Shown here in pieces: positions 1-9,516 of a stretch of 64,000 bases of DNA; position 1 is the stretch's first letter, and each line of letters starts with the position of its first letter. Origin of the DNA: an uncultured bacterium (GTDB taxonomy: Bacteria > Verrucomicrobiota > Verrucomicrobiia > Limisphaerales > UBA8199). The position numbers and the translations under genes were made by a program. The notes under the pieces were generated by a model that saw only the letters and a program-made list of their open reading frames with translations, was not told the DNA's origin and did not search any database. The DNA lies in the NCBI GenBank assembly GCA_963749495.1, contig CAVVMW010000014.1:597317-661316 (forward strand), given 5' to 3'.

Positions 1-334
1 TCCCCACCGATAATCCATCCACCAGGCACGTAAACGGTGTTTGGGGCGGCACGTAGCAAACCACCTCCAGTTCGTGCTTGCCCCATTCTGATTTCATCTC
101 CCGTAGGGCCGCCTGCCCAATCCGCCAGCCGAGCACATTCCACGGCCCCACATGCCCGTGGTAACGCCGGATTTCCCCGTACCAATCTGCCGGTGCCTTC
201 CCCACGTTCCATGCGTTGGTGCCCGGCTCCGAATGCACCAACTTCCCGTCCGCTGGCTCGTCGTAGGCCACACCCACGGTGGCCAGTCCCGCCAGCACCA
301 TCAATCCCGCCGCTACCGCCATTTGTATCGTCAT
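1..334 (-). CDS. Exported FmdE-family metal-binding protein (partial; runs off the left edge; not in the ORF track)
   Basis: Hand translation from ATG at 334: MTIQMAVAAGLMVLAGLATVGVA (signal/anchor) ... RRYHGHVGPWNVLGWRIGQAALRE ... PFTCLVDGLSVG, matching the FmdE HGHxxP..G.R.G...C..DG pattern. Confidence 0.7.
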   Translation of the reverse strand, partial: MTIQMAVAAGLMVLAGLATVGVAYDEPADGKLVHSEPGTNAWNVGKAPADWYGEIRRYHGHVGPWNVLGWRIGQAALREMKSEWGKHELEVVCYVPPQTPFTCLVDGLSVG

Positions 335-366
335 ACGATTTTGATGTTGCGTAATACTCGTTGTGC

Positions 367-394
367 GTATTAACATTCTCTGCATTCGTAATAC
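367..394. promoter_or_regulatory. NikR-type operator GTATTA-N16-TAATAC; a weaker tandem site GTCATA-N16-TAATAC lies at 330-357
   Basis: Perfect 6-16-6 inverted repeat between divergent genes, same geometry as the E. coli NikR site GTATGA-N16-TCATAC; nikR remnant 2 kb downstream. Confidence 0.75.
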
Positions 395-464
395 CGACGG
401 ACAGCCACGTCAAGCCTGCTCAAGGCTTCGGGGGCTGTCGCAATTGAGCATGAACTGAACAGCT

Positions 465-1589
465 ATGAAACTGAACCTTGGCCTCCTCGCCCTTGCTGCC
501 CTCCTTGTCGCCGGCGCTGCACAGGCCCAAACCTTCCAAAACTTCGAGGCCGTGGACACTAACGGCGTCAGCACCTGGGCCGGCTCTTACCCCGTCACCC
601 TCACCGGTGTCGTGTTGAACGACCCCAGCGAAATGCTCGATTCGACCCCCAACTTCATCCCCTGGAATAACGGCGCAAGCGCATTCCAGCTTGGGGGCCA
701 GTGGCAGATCTTTATCCAATGCGTATGGCCCGGCAACCGAGGCGGCGTCGAGTGCTGGATGGGCCAAAACTACGGCAACCTCCCCTGGGAACCTCACGAC
801 GGCAGCGACAGCTACTCGGATGTAGCCTGGTCGGCGGAAGTCGCTCGTGTGAGCCATGATCCGGCCACCGGCTACGCCTTTCGCAAAGGGGATTTGGTCA
901 CCGTCACGGCCAACGGCTCTCTTTTTTACGGCGGCATGCAGAACATCAACGAAGAGCACAGCACCGACCCGGCCTACAACTTCACCATCTCGCTGGTTTG
1001 CTCGAACTATGGCCTGCCGACGCCGGAGGTCATCTCCCTATCTTCGGTCATTGGCACGAACCTGAGTGCCACCGGCCATTACGACATCTTCGATCCCTCC
1101 CGAGCCACTGGCGGGGAGCACTGGCAGGGTATGCGGGTGCGAATCAATGGCCTGACGCTCGTCACGACGAACGGTTGGACCACGAATTCCGATTGGTCCA
1201 CACGCTACTGCACGGCCACTGATGGTGAAGGCAGGCAGTTCCCCCTCATTCACCCGCTTTACGACCTCGGCCCCGTCCCGACCAACCGCTTTGACGCCAC
1301 GGGCATCTTCCTTCAGGAATCCGGTTCCGCCACCGACGGCACCTTCGGATACGAACTTTTTGTCCAGGAAATTGACGCATCTGCCCCCATCGACCTGACA
1401 ATCGCCATGAAGCCCGTCATCACTTGGCCTGGCTCGCTCTCCAATTACCAGTTGCAATCCAGAGACTCACTCACCTCAACAAACTGGACGGCAGTCACCA
1501 ACTCCCCTGTGCTGGTTAACGGCCAGAACACCGTCATCCTCGACCCAACGGCAGCTCAAAGCTTCTACCGCCTCCAGCGCATCCAGTGA
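465..1589 (+). CDS. Secreted surface protein with C-terminal W..FYRL sorting-type domain
   Basis: Signal peptide ending AQA; C-terminus ITWP...YQLQSRDSLTSTNWTAV...QSFYRLQRIQ. Confidence 0.75.
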   Translation: MKLNLGLLALAALLVAGAAQAQTFQNFEAVDTNGVSTWAGSYPVTLTGVVLNDPSEMLDSTPNFIPWNNGASAFQLGGQWQIFIQCVWPGNRGGVECWMGQNYGNLPWEPHDGSDSYSDVAWSAEVARVSHDPATGYAFRKGDLVTVTANGSLFYGGMQNINEEHSTDPAYNFTISLVCSNYGLPTPEVISLSSVIGTNLSATGHYDIFDPSRATGGEHWQGMRVRINGLTLVTTNGWTTNSDWSTRYCTATDGEGRQFPLIHPLYDLGPVPTNRFDATGIFLQESGSATDGTFGYELFVQEIDASAPIDLTIAMKPVITWPGSLSNYQLQSRDSLTSTNWTAVTNSPVLVNGQNTVILDPTAAQSFYRLQRIQ

Positions 1590-1601
1590 AACAACACAGC
1601 C

Positions 1602-2278
1602 ATGCACCCCTTTGCTCCACGTCAGACCTCCGGTCGCCCTATAAGGCCGCAGCGACAGGCCTTCACCTTGATCGAATTGCTGGTGGTGATCGCCATCAGT
1701 GCCATTTTGGTGGCGATGCTGCTGCCCGCACTTTCCCGGTCCAAGGAGAGAGCGAAGGTCATCAAAGTCCATGTCGAGCTTGAAGGGGTCGGCCTCGCAC
1801 TGGAAATGTATTCGGATGATAACGCTTCCAAACTCCCTCCCGTCCGAGTCAATTGCAACACCGACCTGGCCACCCACTGGTGCCAGTTTCCCGTCGAACT
1901 CGTGGAGCAGCATTACCTTGGGGCTTGGGACAAACCCGGCATGGCCGCCAACATGGAGGACGTTTTCAACCCGAACCACACCTACAAGTATGCCGCCCCG
2001 GGGCCGAGCTGCTCAACGGCTCTCCCGCCCCGAACTACCAGCTTTGGGTTCCCGACGACCTGCCGATTTGCGCCAGCACCAACGGCCAATACTACTCCAC
2101 CCCTAAAGATTCCCCAGTGCGGTGGGTCATTTGGAGCATGGGGCCGAAGCCCGACAGCCCGCAATCCCAGGACGAGCGTGCGCCGATGGCGAAGCAAAGC
2201 TGGTACCGTTGCACGGGTGAAGGCGGTGTGATCGGGCGCTTCCAAACCAGTGCTGGCGTCCAATTCCAGACCCCCTGA
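1602..2278 (+). CDS. Prepilin-type N-terminal cleavage/methylation protein (pseudopilin), frameshifted near 2000
   Basis: [31 protein letters not shown]; continues in the 1853..2278 frame (...VRWVIWSMGPKPD...) after the gccccgggg run. Confidence 0.8.
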
Positions 2279-2346
2279 CCACTATGGCACCATGCACCCT
2301 GGAGCACCCTATTGACGACCTCCCTTCCTCTGTTAAGGTCAGCACG

Positions 2347-2550
2347 ATGAGAACAGCCAAAACCGACGGCGTTGTCCGTTTCACAGTGTCCGTCCCGCGA
2401 GACTTGGCCAAACACCTCGACCAGATGACCTGCGAGAAGGGCTACGACAACCGCTCCCTGGCTGTGGCCGACATGATTCGCGCCCGCCTCGCTGAGCACC
2501 GCCAGAACTATGGCAACCACAACACTTGCCGGCACCATCACCTTGGTTTC
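2347..2550 (+). pseudogene. nikR: Truncated nickel-responsive regulator NikR (ribbon-helix-helix domain only)
   Basis: VRFTVSVPRDLAKHLDQMTCEKGYDNRSLAVADMIRARLAEH; after a frameshift near 2525 reads AGTITLV, then the Ni-binding domain is missing. Confidence 0.8.
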
Positions 2551-3045
2551 TCAACTCTCAGCCATCCAGGGACAACGGTGCTTCTGCGGGCACTCGCTGC
2601 ACGCATGCGTGCGTGAGACCAAGGGCAGGATGACGAAGGCGTTGAGGGCGAAGACCGCCAACAAGCCTGCCAGTCCCTTTGAATAGGTTCGACTCAGTGC
2701 GATCACGCCGCACGCCACAGGGATCAGCCAAAGGGGAACAATAACAGGGATGTGACGTTTGAACTTCGTCGCAAAGCACTCCTGTTCCCCTTTGCGCACG
2801 AGTTTCGCCGCCAGGACCCCATAGCCGCAAGGACAGCCCCGGGTGTCGTAATAGCCGCAGTAGCGACAGATGAAGATCATAATCCAAACAGCGCCGGCGA
2901 ACCCGTAGGCCAGGTAGCAGGCGGCGGCCGCCAGTGCCCCGGCCGAAAAGTCGAATCCCCAGGCGATGCTGGCCGCACCTGTCACCACCATGACGGTGTA
3001 AGGAAGGTTGGCGACGAGTGTCTGTGTCCTGGTGTATTCTTGCAT
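2551..3045 (-). CDS. Cys-rich 4-TM membrane protein of unknown function
   Basis: Four hydrophobic segments; CRYCGYY..GCPCGYG and CSECPQKHRCPW motifs. Confidence 0.65.
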   Translation of the reverse strand: MQEYTRTQTLVANLPYTVMVVTGAASIAWGFDFSAGALAAAACYLAYGFAGAVWIMIFICRYCGYYDTRGCPCGYGVLAAKLVRKGEQECFATKFKRHIPVIVPLWLIPVACGVIALSRTYSKGLAGLLAVFALNAFVILPLVSRTHACSECPQKHRCPWMAES

Positions 3046-3067
3046 GGCGTCTTACTTTCAGGGCTCA

Positions 3068-3853
3068 TCAGGGTTCCACATCGGCCTTTTCGAGAACCAT
3101 GAGGATCCGGTTGAACGCGTCGGACAAGTCGGCGTAGTTGCGCAAGTCCACCGTGAACCGGGCGTCCCCGTTCTGCCGCGAAGCCGCACTGCCATCCGCA
3201 TAGAGGATGTCCACGAAATGCTGCTGGTGATGCGTGCGGGGCTTGACGTTGAACGCCGCGAGGTTGGGAGGACACAAAAATTCCGAGTCAATGGCAAGCG
3301 CCCGGATGGGTTGGCCGTTGCGGTTCAGGCCCAGGCTGTCCAGTTTCAGATGGGCGGGCACATTCGTGCTGGCTGGACTGTCGAACAACAGCGTGTTGCC
3401 CCCGTGGCGATAGTAATAGCTGCCTTGGGCCTGATAATGGCCCACCTTGGCCAACTCGGCGTCTGCATCCACCGGCTGGTCCGTTCCGGGACAGAAGAGA
3501 ACCTTCACTTGGGCGGCCAATTGCTGATCGAGCAACAGGCCCAAGCCCACCGGGGCGCCTGATTGAAGCGAGAGCAGACTGGTCGGCGCTCCGGTGGAAG
3601 GATAAAAACTCGAAGGACTCGTGAATGGCGGAGCCTTTGGACCGTAGGGAATCAGGCCACCGTTCTCGCCTGCGTATCCTTGAATCGCAATGCCCACCTG
3701 CCGCAGGTTTGACATACAGACCGCTTTCCGCCCCGCCTGCTTTGCAGCCGCCAGCGCCGGAAGCAACAACGCCGCCAGGGTGGCGATGATGGCAAGCACG
3801 ACCAGCAGTTCCATCAGGGTGAAACCTCGCGGCGATGATGGCGTGGAGACCAT
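3068..3853 (-). CDS. Prepilin-type cleavage/methylation protein with H-X9-DG-like C-terminal motif
   Basis: [26 protein letters not shown]...CMSNLRQVG...LFCP...[15 protein letters not shown]. Confidence 0.85.
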   Translation of the reverse strand: MVSTPSSPRGFTLMELLVVLAIIATLAALLLPALAAAKQAGRKAVCMSNLRQVGIAIQGYAGENGGLIPYGPKAPPFTSPSSFYPSTGAPTSLLSLQSGAPVGLGLLLDQQLAAQVKVLFCPGTDQPVDADAELAKVGHYQAQGSYYYRHGGNTLLFDSPASTNVPAHLKLDSLGLNRNGQPIRALAIDSEFLCPPNLAAFNVKPRTHHQQHFVDILYADGSAASRQNGDARFTVDLRNYADLSDAFNRILMVLEKADVEP

Positions 3854-3866
3854 TGAGTCGAAGAGC

Positions 3867-4794
3867 CTACGGCAACTGCCGCGCTCGATAGAAACGCCGG
3901 GCAGAGTTCGTCAGCAGTTCGCTGAAGAAAACGCTGCCGGTGTCATTGGTCAATGTGCCAAGGTTTGTCCAGTTGGCCATCGGCAGCGTGACGTCGGTGC
4001 TGGCCAGAATCTCGAATTTGAGTCCAGGCTCGCTTTCCAGCCCGAAACCGAAGTAGCCGTTGGTTGCCGCTGGGCCGACCAGGATGGGCGCGCGGGTTTC
4101 AGTCAGGCGGGCGTTGTCCAAGTCCCAAAAACCGCCCTCCATCCCGAAATCCACCGTGGACATGATGGCCACTCCAATATGTTGGCCCGCCCAGGGATCG
4201 CTGGCTTTCACGAACGGCACGTTCACCTGAAAGTCAATCAGGTGCGTCTGATTGCTGAAGACGTCGGGGGTGTTGGTAACGCTGGTGGCGGCCACAATCA
4301 CTTGATTGCTCGCGGCATCACGGTAGTAAAGGCTCAACTCCAGACTGGCGCCATTGGTCATTCCGCCGCCGCCGCCGATCAACCCGACGCGCAGATTATA
4401 GGCTTTGCCCACCTCGAACGCCGCATTGAAGGCGTGTTCGGGCGCCGAGTTTGTTCCCCCAATCGAGTCGTAGTCTTGGAAGAGCCCGACCTCGGGAACG
4501 GCAAAAACCCAAACTGCCTGGTTGCCGTCCATGTTGTCGATATGGTCCGCACTGCCGGCCGCCGTGTTGGCGAAAACACCGGTCAGTTGGGTCCAGAGAA
4601 AGCCGCCGCTCTCGTCTGTACCAGAAAGGCTTGGGCGTCTTCTGCCAGGAGTCAATCTGCGTATCCACGTACACAGTCCCAGGCGATTCAAACGACCCGT
4701 TGGGGATGTAGATTGTGCCTGCTCGGAGTGTGCCCGTCCACATGGCCAAGGACGCGGCTGCTGCGGCAAAGGCCCGCAGGGCGCGGCCAGTCAA
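3867..4794 (-). CDS. Secreted surface protein with C-terminal W..FYR domain, frameshifted near 4620 (start may be as far up as 4913)
   Basis: Signal-like start and IPNGSFESP in the 4396..4794 frame join [11 protein letters not shown]... in the 3867..4769 frame; ends NWTNLGT...[10 protein letters not shown]. Confidence 0.7.
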
Positions 4795-4932
4795 GGGGAG
4801 ACGCAGTTTCCCGGAGGCGGCTGTCTTGCCGGCCCGAGCAAGCCGCCAATCATGATGCAGCGCGCTCTGCCGGTGCCGGTTGCCGCTCTGCCTTCGGATT
4901 TGAGTATCGTCATAGGTTCGCGATTAAAGTCT

Positions 4933-4952
4933 ATGTGCGCAGTTGTGCATAT
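4933..4952. promoter_or_regulatory. Candidate ArsR-family operator ATGTGCGCA-GT-TGTGCATAT
   Basis: Imperfect 9-2-9 palindrome (7 of 9 pairs) between the arsR gene and the surface-protein/pilin operon. Confidence 0.45.
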
Positions 4953-4996
4953 TTCTTCCCTCCAAAGCAATCCAATTCCACGAACCTGCCGGGAAC

Positions 4997-5302
4997 CTAC
5001 TTCGGCAACTTGTCGAACCGGAACGTGCAGCAGCCCAGTTCCAGCACGTTCTTGTTGGCAGAAAGCTGGTTGTTGAGGCGCGGGGCCACCGCATAGAGCC
5101 TCTGCTGGCCCTCCTTTTCCATTTCCACCAGCCCTGCCTCTTTCAGAATCCGCAAGTGCTTCGACACGTTGTACTGCGACATTTTCAGGCGCTCCGAAAT
5201 TTGATTTACCCCCAGTTGCTCCCTCAGCAGCAACCCCACGATGCGCATGCGGTTCAACTCACCCAGCGCCTTCAAAGCGGCAATGCAATCAATCCCAGTC
5301 AT
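4997..5302 (-). CDS. ArsR/SmtB-family transcriptional regulator
   Basis: LKALGELNRMRIVGLL...SQYNVSKHLRILKEAGLV..EKEGQQRLY; C-terminal LELGCC. Confidence 0.85.
   Translation of the reverse strand: MTGIDCIAALKALGELNRMRIVGLLLREQLGVNQISERLKMSQYNVSKHLRILKEAGLVEMEKEGQQRLYAVAPRLNNQLSANKNVLELGCCTFRFDKLPK
5088..5265. repeat. 178-bp arsR segment repeated in the same orientation at 14156-14333
   Basis: Direct comparison by eye: gap-free, roughly 90% identical. Confidence 0.85.
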
Positions 5303-5432
5303 CCCTGTGATGATAGCCGCCAGCTCGCGTCAGGCAAGCCACCCGCAGGCTTCCGGTCCATCTCTGCGAAGCCCATCGACAAACGCAACCCTCCGCGCTC
5401 CGCTCCCGCCACACCTTCAACCCGGAAGCCGG

Positions 5433-6170
5433 TTACCGGGTGAAGATTAGTTTTGCGCCGGCGATGAGGAGGACGACCGCCAGGAGGCGCTTGATAACGG
5501 TGTGCGGAAACCGGCGGCTGCCGAAATAGGAACCTGCGGTGCCACCAATGACCACGGCCACCGCCAGCATGAGGGCGAGCGGGGGAAGCCGCCGGGTGCT
5601 GGCGAGATTTCCGAGCAGGCCGGAAGCCGAGTTCACGAGGATGAACAGGGCGGAAACGGCCGCCGCCGTCTTGGTGCGAGCCCAGCGCATGAGCAGGAGC
5701 AGGGGGGTCAGAAAGATGCCGCCCCCGGTGCCCGTCAGGCCGGAGAGCAGACCGAGGCCGGCGCCGATGGAGATGGCAGCCGGGAGGGAGGGTTCATGGA
5801 GCACGTCGTCGGCGCCGGGCCGCAGGAGAAAGCGCGCGGCAGAGAACCAAAGCACGAGGCCCACCGCGGCTTTGAAGACGTGGGTGGGAAGGCTGATATA
5901 GCCGCCCAGGAAGGCCGCCGGGATGGAAAGCAGGGCAAAGGGCCAGAAGAGCCGCCACGAGAAATACCCGGCGCGCCAGAATTGCCACGCGCCAATGCTG
6001 GCAACCAGAATGTTGAGCAGCAGCGCGGTGGGTTTGATCACCCCAGGAGCCAGGCTGAACAGAGACATGACTGCGATGTAGCCGGACGCGCCCGCGTGCC
6101 CGACCGAGGAATAGAGGAGGGCCACCAGCAACACGGCCGCAGCCAGAAGGGGAAGTTGTTCGGGTGTCAT
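5433..6170 (-). CDS. TSUP (TauE/SafE) family membrane transporter
   Basis: YSSVGHAGASGY, GLLSGLTGTGGGIFLTPLL, multiple TM helices. Confidence 0.85.
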   Translation of the reverse strand: MTPEQLPLLAAAVLLVALLYSSVGHAGASGYIAVMSLFSLAPGVIKPTALLLNILVASIGAWQFWRAGYFSWRLFWPFALLSIPAAFLGGYISLPTHVFKAAVGLVLWFSAARFLLRPGADDVLHEPSLPAAISIGAGLGLLSGLTGTGGGIFLTPLLLLMRWARTKTAAAVSALFILVNSASGLLGNLASTRRLPPLALMLAVAVVIGGTAGSYFGSRRFPHTVIKRLLAVVLLIAGAKLIFTR

Positions 6171-6185
6171 GGGTCAATTCCTGCG

Positions 6186-7142
6186 TTACTGCCAGAGTAG
6201 CAGCCGGTAGAACCTCTGCCGATTCGTCACGGTGTCCACAAACACACCCTGGTCATCAAACGGCCTGGCGGGAACCGTGAACAAGTTGGACCAAGCTCCC
6301 GCCCAACCTGCCGGCAAACCGTCGAGCCCCTGCACCGCGTAAGACCAGTTTGAGACCGTGTTGAACCGGATGGCCACCTGGTTCGTCCCGAGGCGCTCAA
6401 TCGAAGTGATCCGCACCAGCGGCTTCGCAACGGCTGTAATCGTTAAGCTCGGCCAGGCGTTAGATGTGGCGAAATGCCTCGAGTTGAAGGTGAAACCCAC
6501 CGAGGCGCTCGCCGCTGTCAGATACAAGTTCAGGTCGGTCCCGGCCACGATGTTCGACACCAACGCCCCCGCCAGCATCAGCGGAAAGGACACCGGCCCG
6601 CTCACTCCGCTGTTAGTGAACCGGCCCACCGACGCATCGGCCGCCGGGTTGAGGACCGAAGCCAGGTCCTGGTAAGCAACGCCGTCCGTCGTGGGCGTAT
6701 TCGGTGTGCCGGTTCCTTCCGCCCAGGCGTCCGCGCCAATCCACCGAATCTCAAACCCGCCCACACCCCGGTTGAAAATCGCGTTATTCGGCGCGCCAAC
6801 CTCATTCACGACCAGCGTTGCCGCCGTCACCACCCAACCGTTGCTGCCGAGCTGGCCATTCAACGACGACGCCACGTCCGACATCGGAAACCGCATCAAA
6901 CTGTCGAACAACCCATTCTGCTGGCCCGACCCGTTCACGGCAGCCGACCCCGAGACCGACAAGGACCCCGCCGCCCCGTAGTTGCTGCCAGGCGCCACCG
7001 AGCGCACAAAGGCATCCGCCACCGGTGTCACCGCGACGGTTGCCGCCTGGCCGCAGCAAACGAGCTGCGCGCCGGCCACCACGCCCAGCGCGACCGCTCG
7101 CCAGAACCCGCGCCCACTTTTTTGTTGCGTCTTCCGCCGCAC
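6186..7142 (-). CDS. Secreted DNRLRE-like protein with W..FYRL C-terminal domain (probable GTG start at 7142)
   Basis: PVADAFVRS..NYGAAGSLSV; ends RQRFYRLLLWQ; paralogous to 7170-7946. Confidence 0.7.
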   Translation of the reverse strand: MRRKTQQKSGRGFWRAVALGVVAGAQLVCCGQAATVAVTPVADAFVRSVAPGSNYGAAGSLSVSGSAAVNGSGQQNGLFDSLMRFPMSDVASSLNGQLGSNGWVVTAATLVVNEVGAPNNAIFNRGVGGFEIRWIGADAWAEGTGTPNTPTTDGVAYQDLASVLNPAADASVGRFTNSGVSGPVSFPLMLAGALVSNIVAGTDLNLYLTAASASVGFTFNSRHFATSNAWPSLTITAVAKPLVRITSIERLGTNQVAIRFNTVSNWSYAVQGLDGLPAGWAGAWSNLFTVPARPFDDQGVFVDTVTNRQRFYRLLLWQ

Positions 7143-7144
7143 TC

Positions 7145-7168
7145 CGTTGTATTGAACGTTATATATCG
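7145..7168. promoter_or_regulatory. ModE-type operator CGTTGTATT-N6-TATATATCG
   Basis: 15/18 match to CGTTATATA-N6-TATATAACG; fills the AT-rich 27-bp gap between divergent starts; modE gene 2.4 kb away. Confidence 0.75.
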
Positions 7169-7169
7169 C

Positions 7170-7946
7170 ATGAAGACAATCTCGAATGCACCCTGTAAAA
7201 TGGCGCTGGCCGCTACCGCGCTTCCCCTGCTCCTCGCGCTCCCGGCTCACGCCGCCACTTTCAACCTCTATCCCTCTGCCGACGCCTTTGTCACTACCGG
7301 CCCGTCCGGCAATCTCAGCGGCAATAACTACGGTGCCGCAGGGGCCCTTTCCGTGGCCGCTTCGGGCCTGGCCAAGGGCGAGTTCCAGAGCGTCCTGCGA
7401 TTCGACCTCTCCGCGGCCCGCACCTCCTTCGATAGCCAGTTCGGCGCGGGCCAGTGGAACCTTCAGTCCATCACCCTCTCCCTCACCGCCACGTCACCGA
7501 ACAACCCCATCTTCAACTCCAGCGCCGCCGGCCAGTTCGGCATCTCCTGGATGCAGAACGACTCCTGGGCCGAGGGCGCCGGCACGCCCGCCACCCCCAC
7601 CACGACCAGCATTACCTTTTCGAGCCTTCCATCCTTCACCAGCGCAGGAGACGAAAGCCTCGGTACCTTCGGTTTCAACGGAGCCACCAGCGGCGCGGCC
7701 ACCTACACCCTCAGCCTCACCCCCGGCTTCTTGGCCGATGCCTCGGCCGGCAACCTCGTTAGCCTCCACCTCTCTGCCGCCGACAGCGCCGTTAGCTACC
7801 TCTTCGATTCCGTCAATTTCAGCACCGCCTCGGCTCGCCCCCTCCTGTCCGTTGTCGCCGTACCCGAGCCAGGCGCGCTCTCCCTGCTCGCCGCTGGCGC
7901 CGTCCTGCTTTTCGGGGCAAGGTGCCGCCGAAAGTATAAGGAATGA
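7170..7946 (+). CDS. DNRLRE-like PEP-CTERM surface protein
   Basis: Signal ending [21 protein letters not shown]-terminal [25 protein letters not shown]. Confidence 0.85.
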   Translation: MKTISNAPCKMALAATALPLLLALPAHAATFNLYPSADAFVTTGPSGNLSGNNYGAAGALSVAASGLAKGEFQSVLRFDLSAARTSFDSQFGAGQWNLQSITLSLTATSPNNPIFNSSAAGQFGISWMQNDSWAEGAGTPATPTTTSITFSSLPSFTSAGDESLGTFGFNGATSGAATYTLSLTPGFLADASAGNLVSLHLSAADSAVSYLFDSVNFSTASARPLLSVVAVPEPGALSLLAAGAVLLFGARCRRKYKE

Positions 7947-8644
7947 ACCGCCTCCGTTCAGGCGCAGCTTTTACCCTCGTGGAGCTGCTCGTCGTCATCG
8001 CCATTATCGCGATCCTGGCGAGCCTCCTCCTGCCCACCCTGAGCCGCCCCCAGGTCAAAGCCCGCTCCACCCAATGCGTGAGCAACCTCCGCCAGTGGGG
8101 GTTGGCTTACCGGCAATACGCCGACGACAACAAAGACTTCCTGCCCCGGCGCGGCCAGGGCGTGCAGCCCCTCACGCAAATCGACCGCCCCGAAGACTGG
8201 TTCAACGCTCTCCCCTCTTACTTCAATTCGCAGCCCTACCAGCAGCTCTTCGCCGCTAATCAGAAGCTCAAACCCCGCTCCAATTCGGTCTTTGTCTGCC
8301 CGGTTGCCACGGACCCCGGCAGCAACCACTTCCTTCCCTACGGCATGAACATGAACCTCTCGCCGTGGATCCTCCCCCAGGCTACCAAATTTGCCGAGGT
8401 GGTTCGTCCCTCACAGGTCGTAGCGATGGCCGACGCCCCCGGGCCCTACGCTTCGACCTTTCCCTCCACCAAACCCTACAGCGTGCTCGCCCGGCACGCG
8501 CGCCGGGTGAACATCCTGTTCCTTGCCGGCCAGGTCAATTCCTTCGCCGCTGACTACGTTGGCTGCGGAGTCGGCGACCCCAAGCGCGACGACGTCCGTT
8601 GGCTTACCGGCACCGACAGCGACAACACCGCCGGAAACTACTGA
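7943..8644 (+). CDS. Prepilin-type cleavage/methylation protein (H-X9-AG variant)
   Basis: [26 protein letters not shown]...CVSNLRQWG...FVCP...[19 protein letters not shown] overlap with the upstream gene. Confidence 0.85.
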   Translation: MNRLRSGAAFTLVELLVVIAIIAILASLLLPTLSRPQVKARSTQCVSNLRQWGLAYRQYADDNKDFLPRRGQGVQPLTQIDRPEDWFNALPSYFNSQPYQQLFAANQKLKPRSNSVFVCPVATDPGSNHFLPYGMNMNLSPWILPQATKFAEVVRPSQVVAMADAPGPYASTFPSTKPYSVLARHARRVNILFLAGQVNSFAADYVGCGVGDPKRDDVRWLTGTDSDNTAGNY

Positions 8645-8647
8645 TTT

Positions 8648-9505
8648 ATGAGACTCAAACTCATGGGCGTTCTTGCCTTGGTCGTGGTTCTCGCCTTTGT
8701 CCTCCACAAACGCGTCGCCAGCAAAGCGCAGTCCGACCGCCGCGTCGTGCGCTGCGCGGTCATTGGCGGCATGACCATGACCGGCCTGTGGCCCGAGATC
8801 GTCAAGCTGTTCGAAGCCAACACCGGCTACCGCTGCGAACTCGTCGCCACCGGCCCACGCCCCGAGATCGCCGAACCCTTCCGCGCTGGCAAAGTGGACT
8901 TGCTTACCATGCATTCAGGCGACATCACCACCGACCTGGTCGCCGACGGCTTCGGCATCAACATGCGCCCCTGGACGCGCAACGAGCTCTCCATCGTCGG
9001 CCCAACCAACGACCCCGCCCACGTCCGCGGCATGACCAACGGCGCCGCTGCTCTCCGCAAAATCGCCGAGGCCAAGGCCCGCTTTGTTGACTTCCAGGGT
9101 GTCGGCAGCCGCGAACTCGCCCACAACCTCTGGCGCGCCTCCGGCGTCGAACCCAAAGGCGACTGGGTCCTCAAAGACGAAACCGTCTCCAAGTTTGACA
9201 TCCTCCAGTTTGCCCGCACGAACAACGCCTACGTCATTGTCGGTTACATCCCTGCACGTCTTGGCAGGATGAACCCGGCGGGCATGGAAATTCTGGTGCA
9301 AGGCGACCCCGCCATGCGCCGCCCCTTCATTGTCATGGAAGCCAACCCCAGGAAATTCCCCCACGCCAACCACGCCGGCGCGCGGGCGCTCTCCGACTTC
9401 CTCCTCTCACCCAAGGTGCAAGCTTTCCTGGCCGAGTTCGGCCAAAAAACCACAGGTCGCGGGCCTCTCTTCCATCCGGTGCAGACCGCTACCGAAGAGA
9501 AATAG
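8648..9505 (+). CDS. TupA-like tungstate/molybdate oxyanion-binding protein (no permease or ATPase nearby)
   Basis: ELVATGP..AEPFRAGKVDLLTMHS, NELSIVGPTNDPAHVRG, ALRKIAE, NPRKFPHANHAGARALSDFLLSPKVQ. Confidence 0.75.
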   Translation: MRLKLMGVLALVVVLAFVLHKRVASKAQSDRRVVRCAVIGGMTMTGLWPEIVKLFEANTGYRCELVATGPRPEIAEPFRAGKVDLLTMHSGDITTDLVADGFGINMRPWTRNELSIVGPTNDPAHVRGMTNGAAALRKIAEAKARFVDFQGVGSRELAHNLWRASGVEPKGDWVLKDETVSKFDILQFARTNNAYVIVGYIPARLGRMNPAGMEILVQGDPAMRRPFIVMEANPRKFPHANHAGARALSDFLLSPKVQAFLAEFGQKTTGRGPLFHPVQTATEEK

Positions 9506-9516
9506 CGCCCATCCCG

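Noticed and set aside
3690..5096. 468-aa + strand ORF
   Set aside because: Antisense to the pilin, surface protein and ArsR genes, which carry the real motifs
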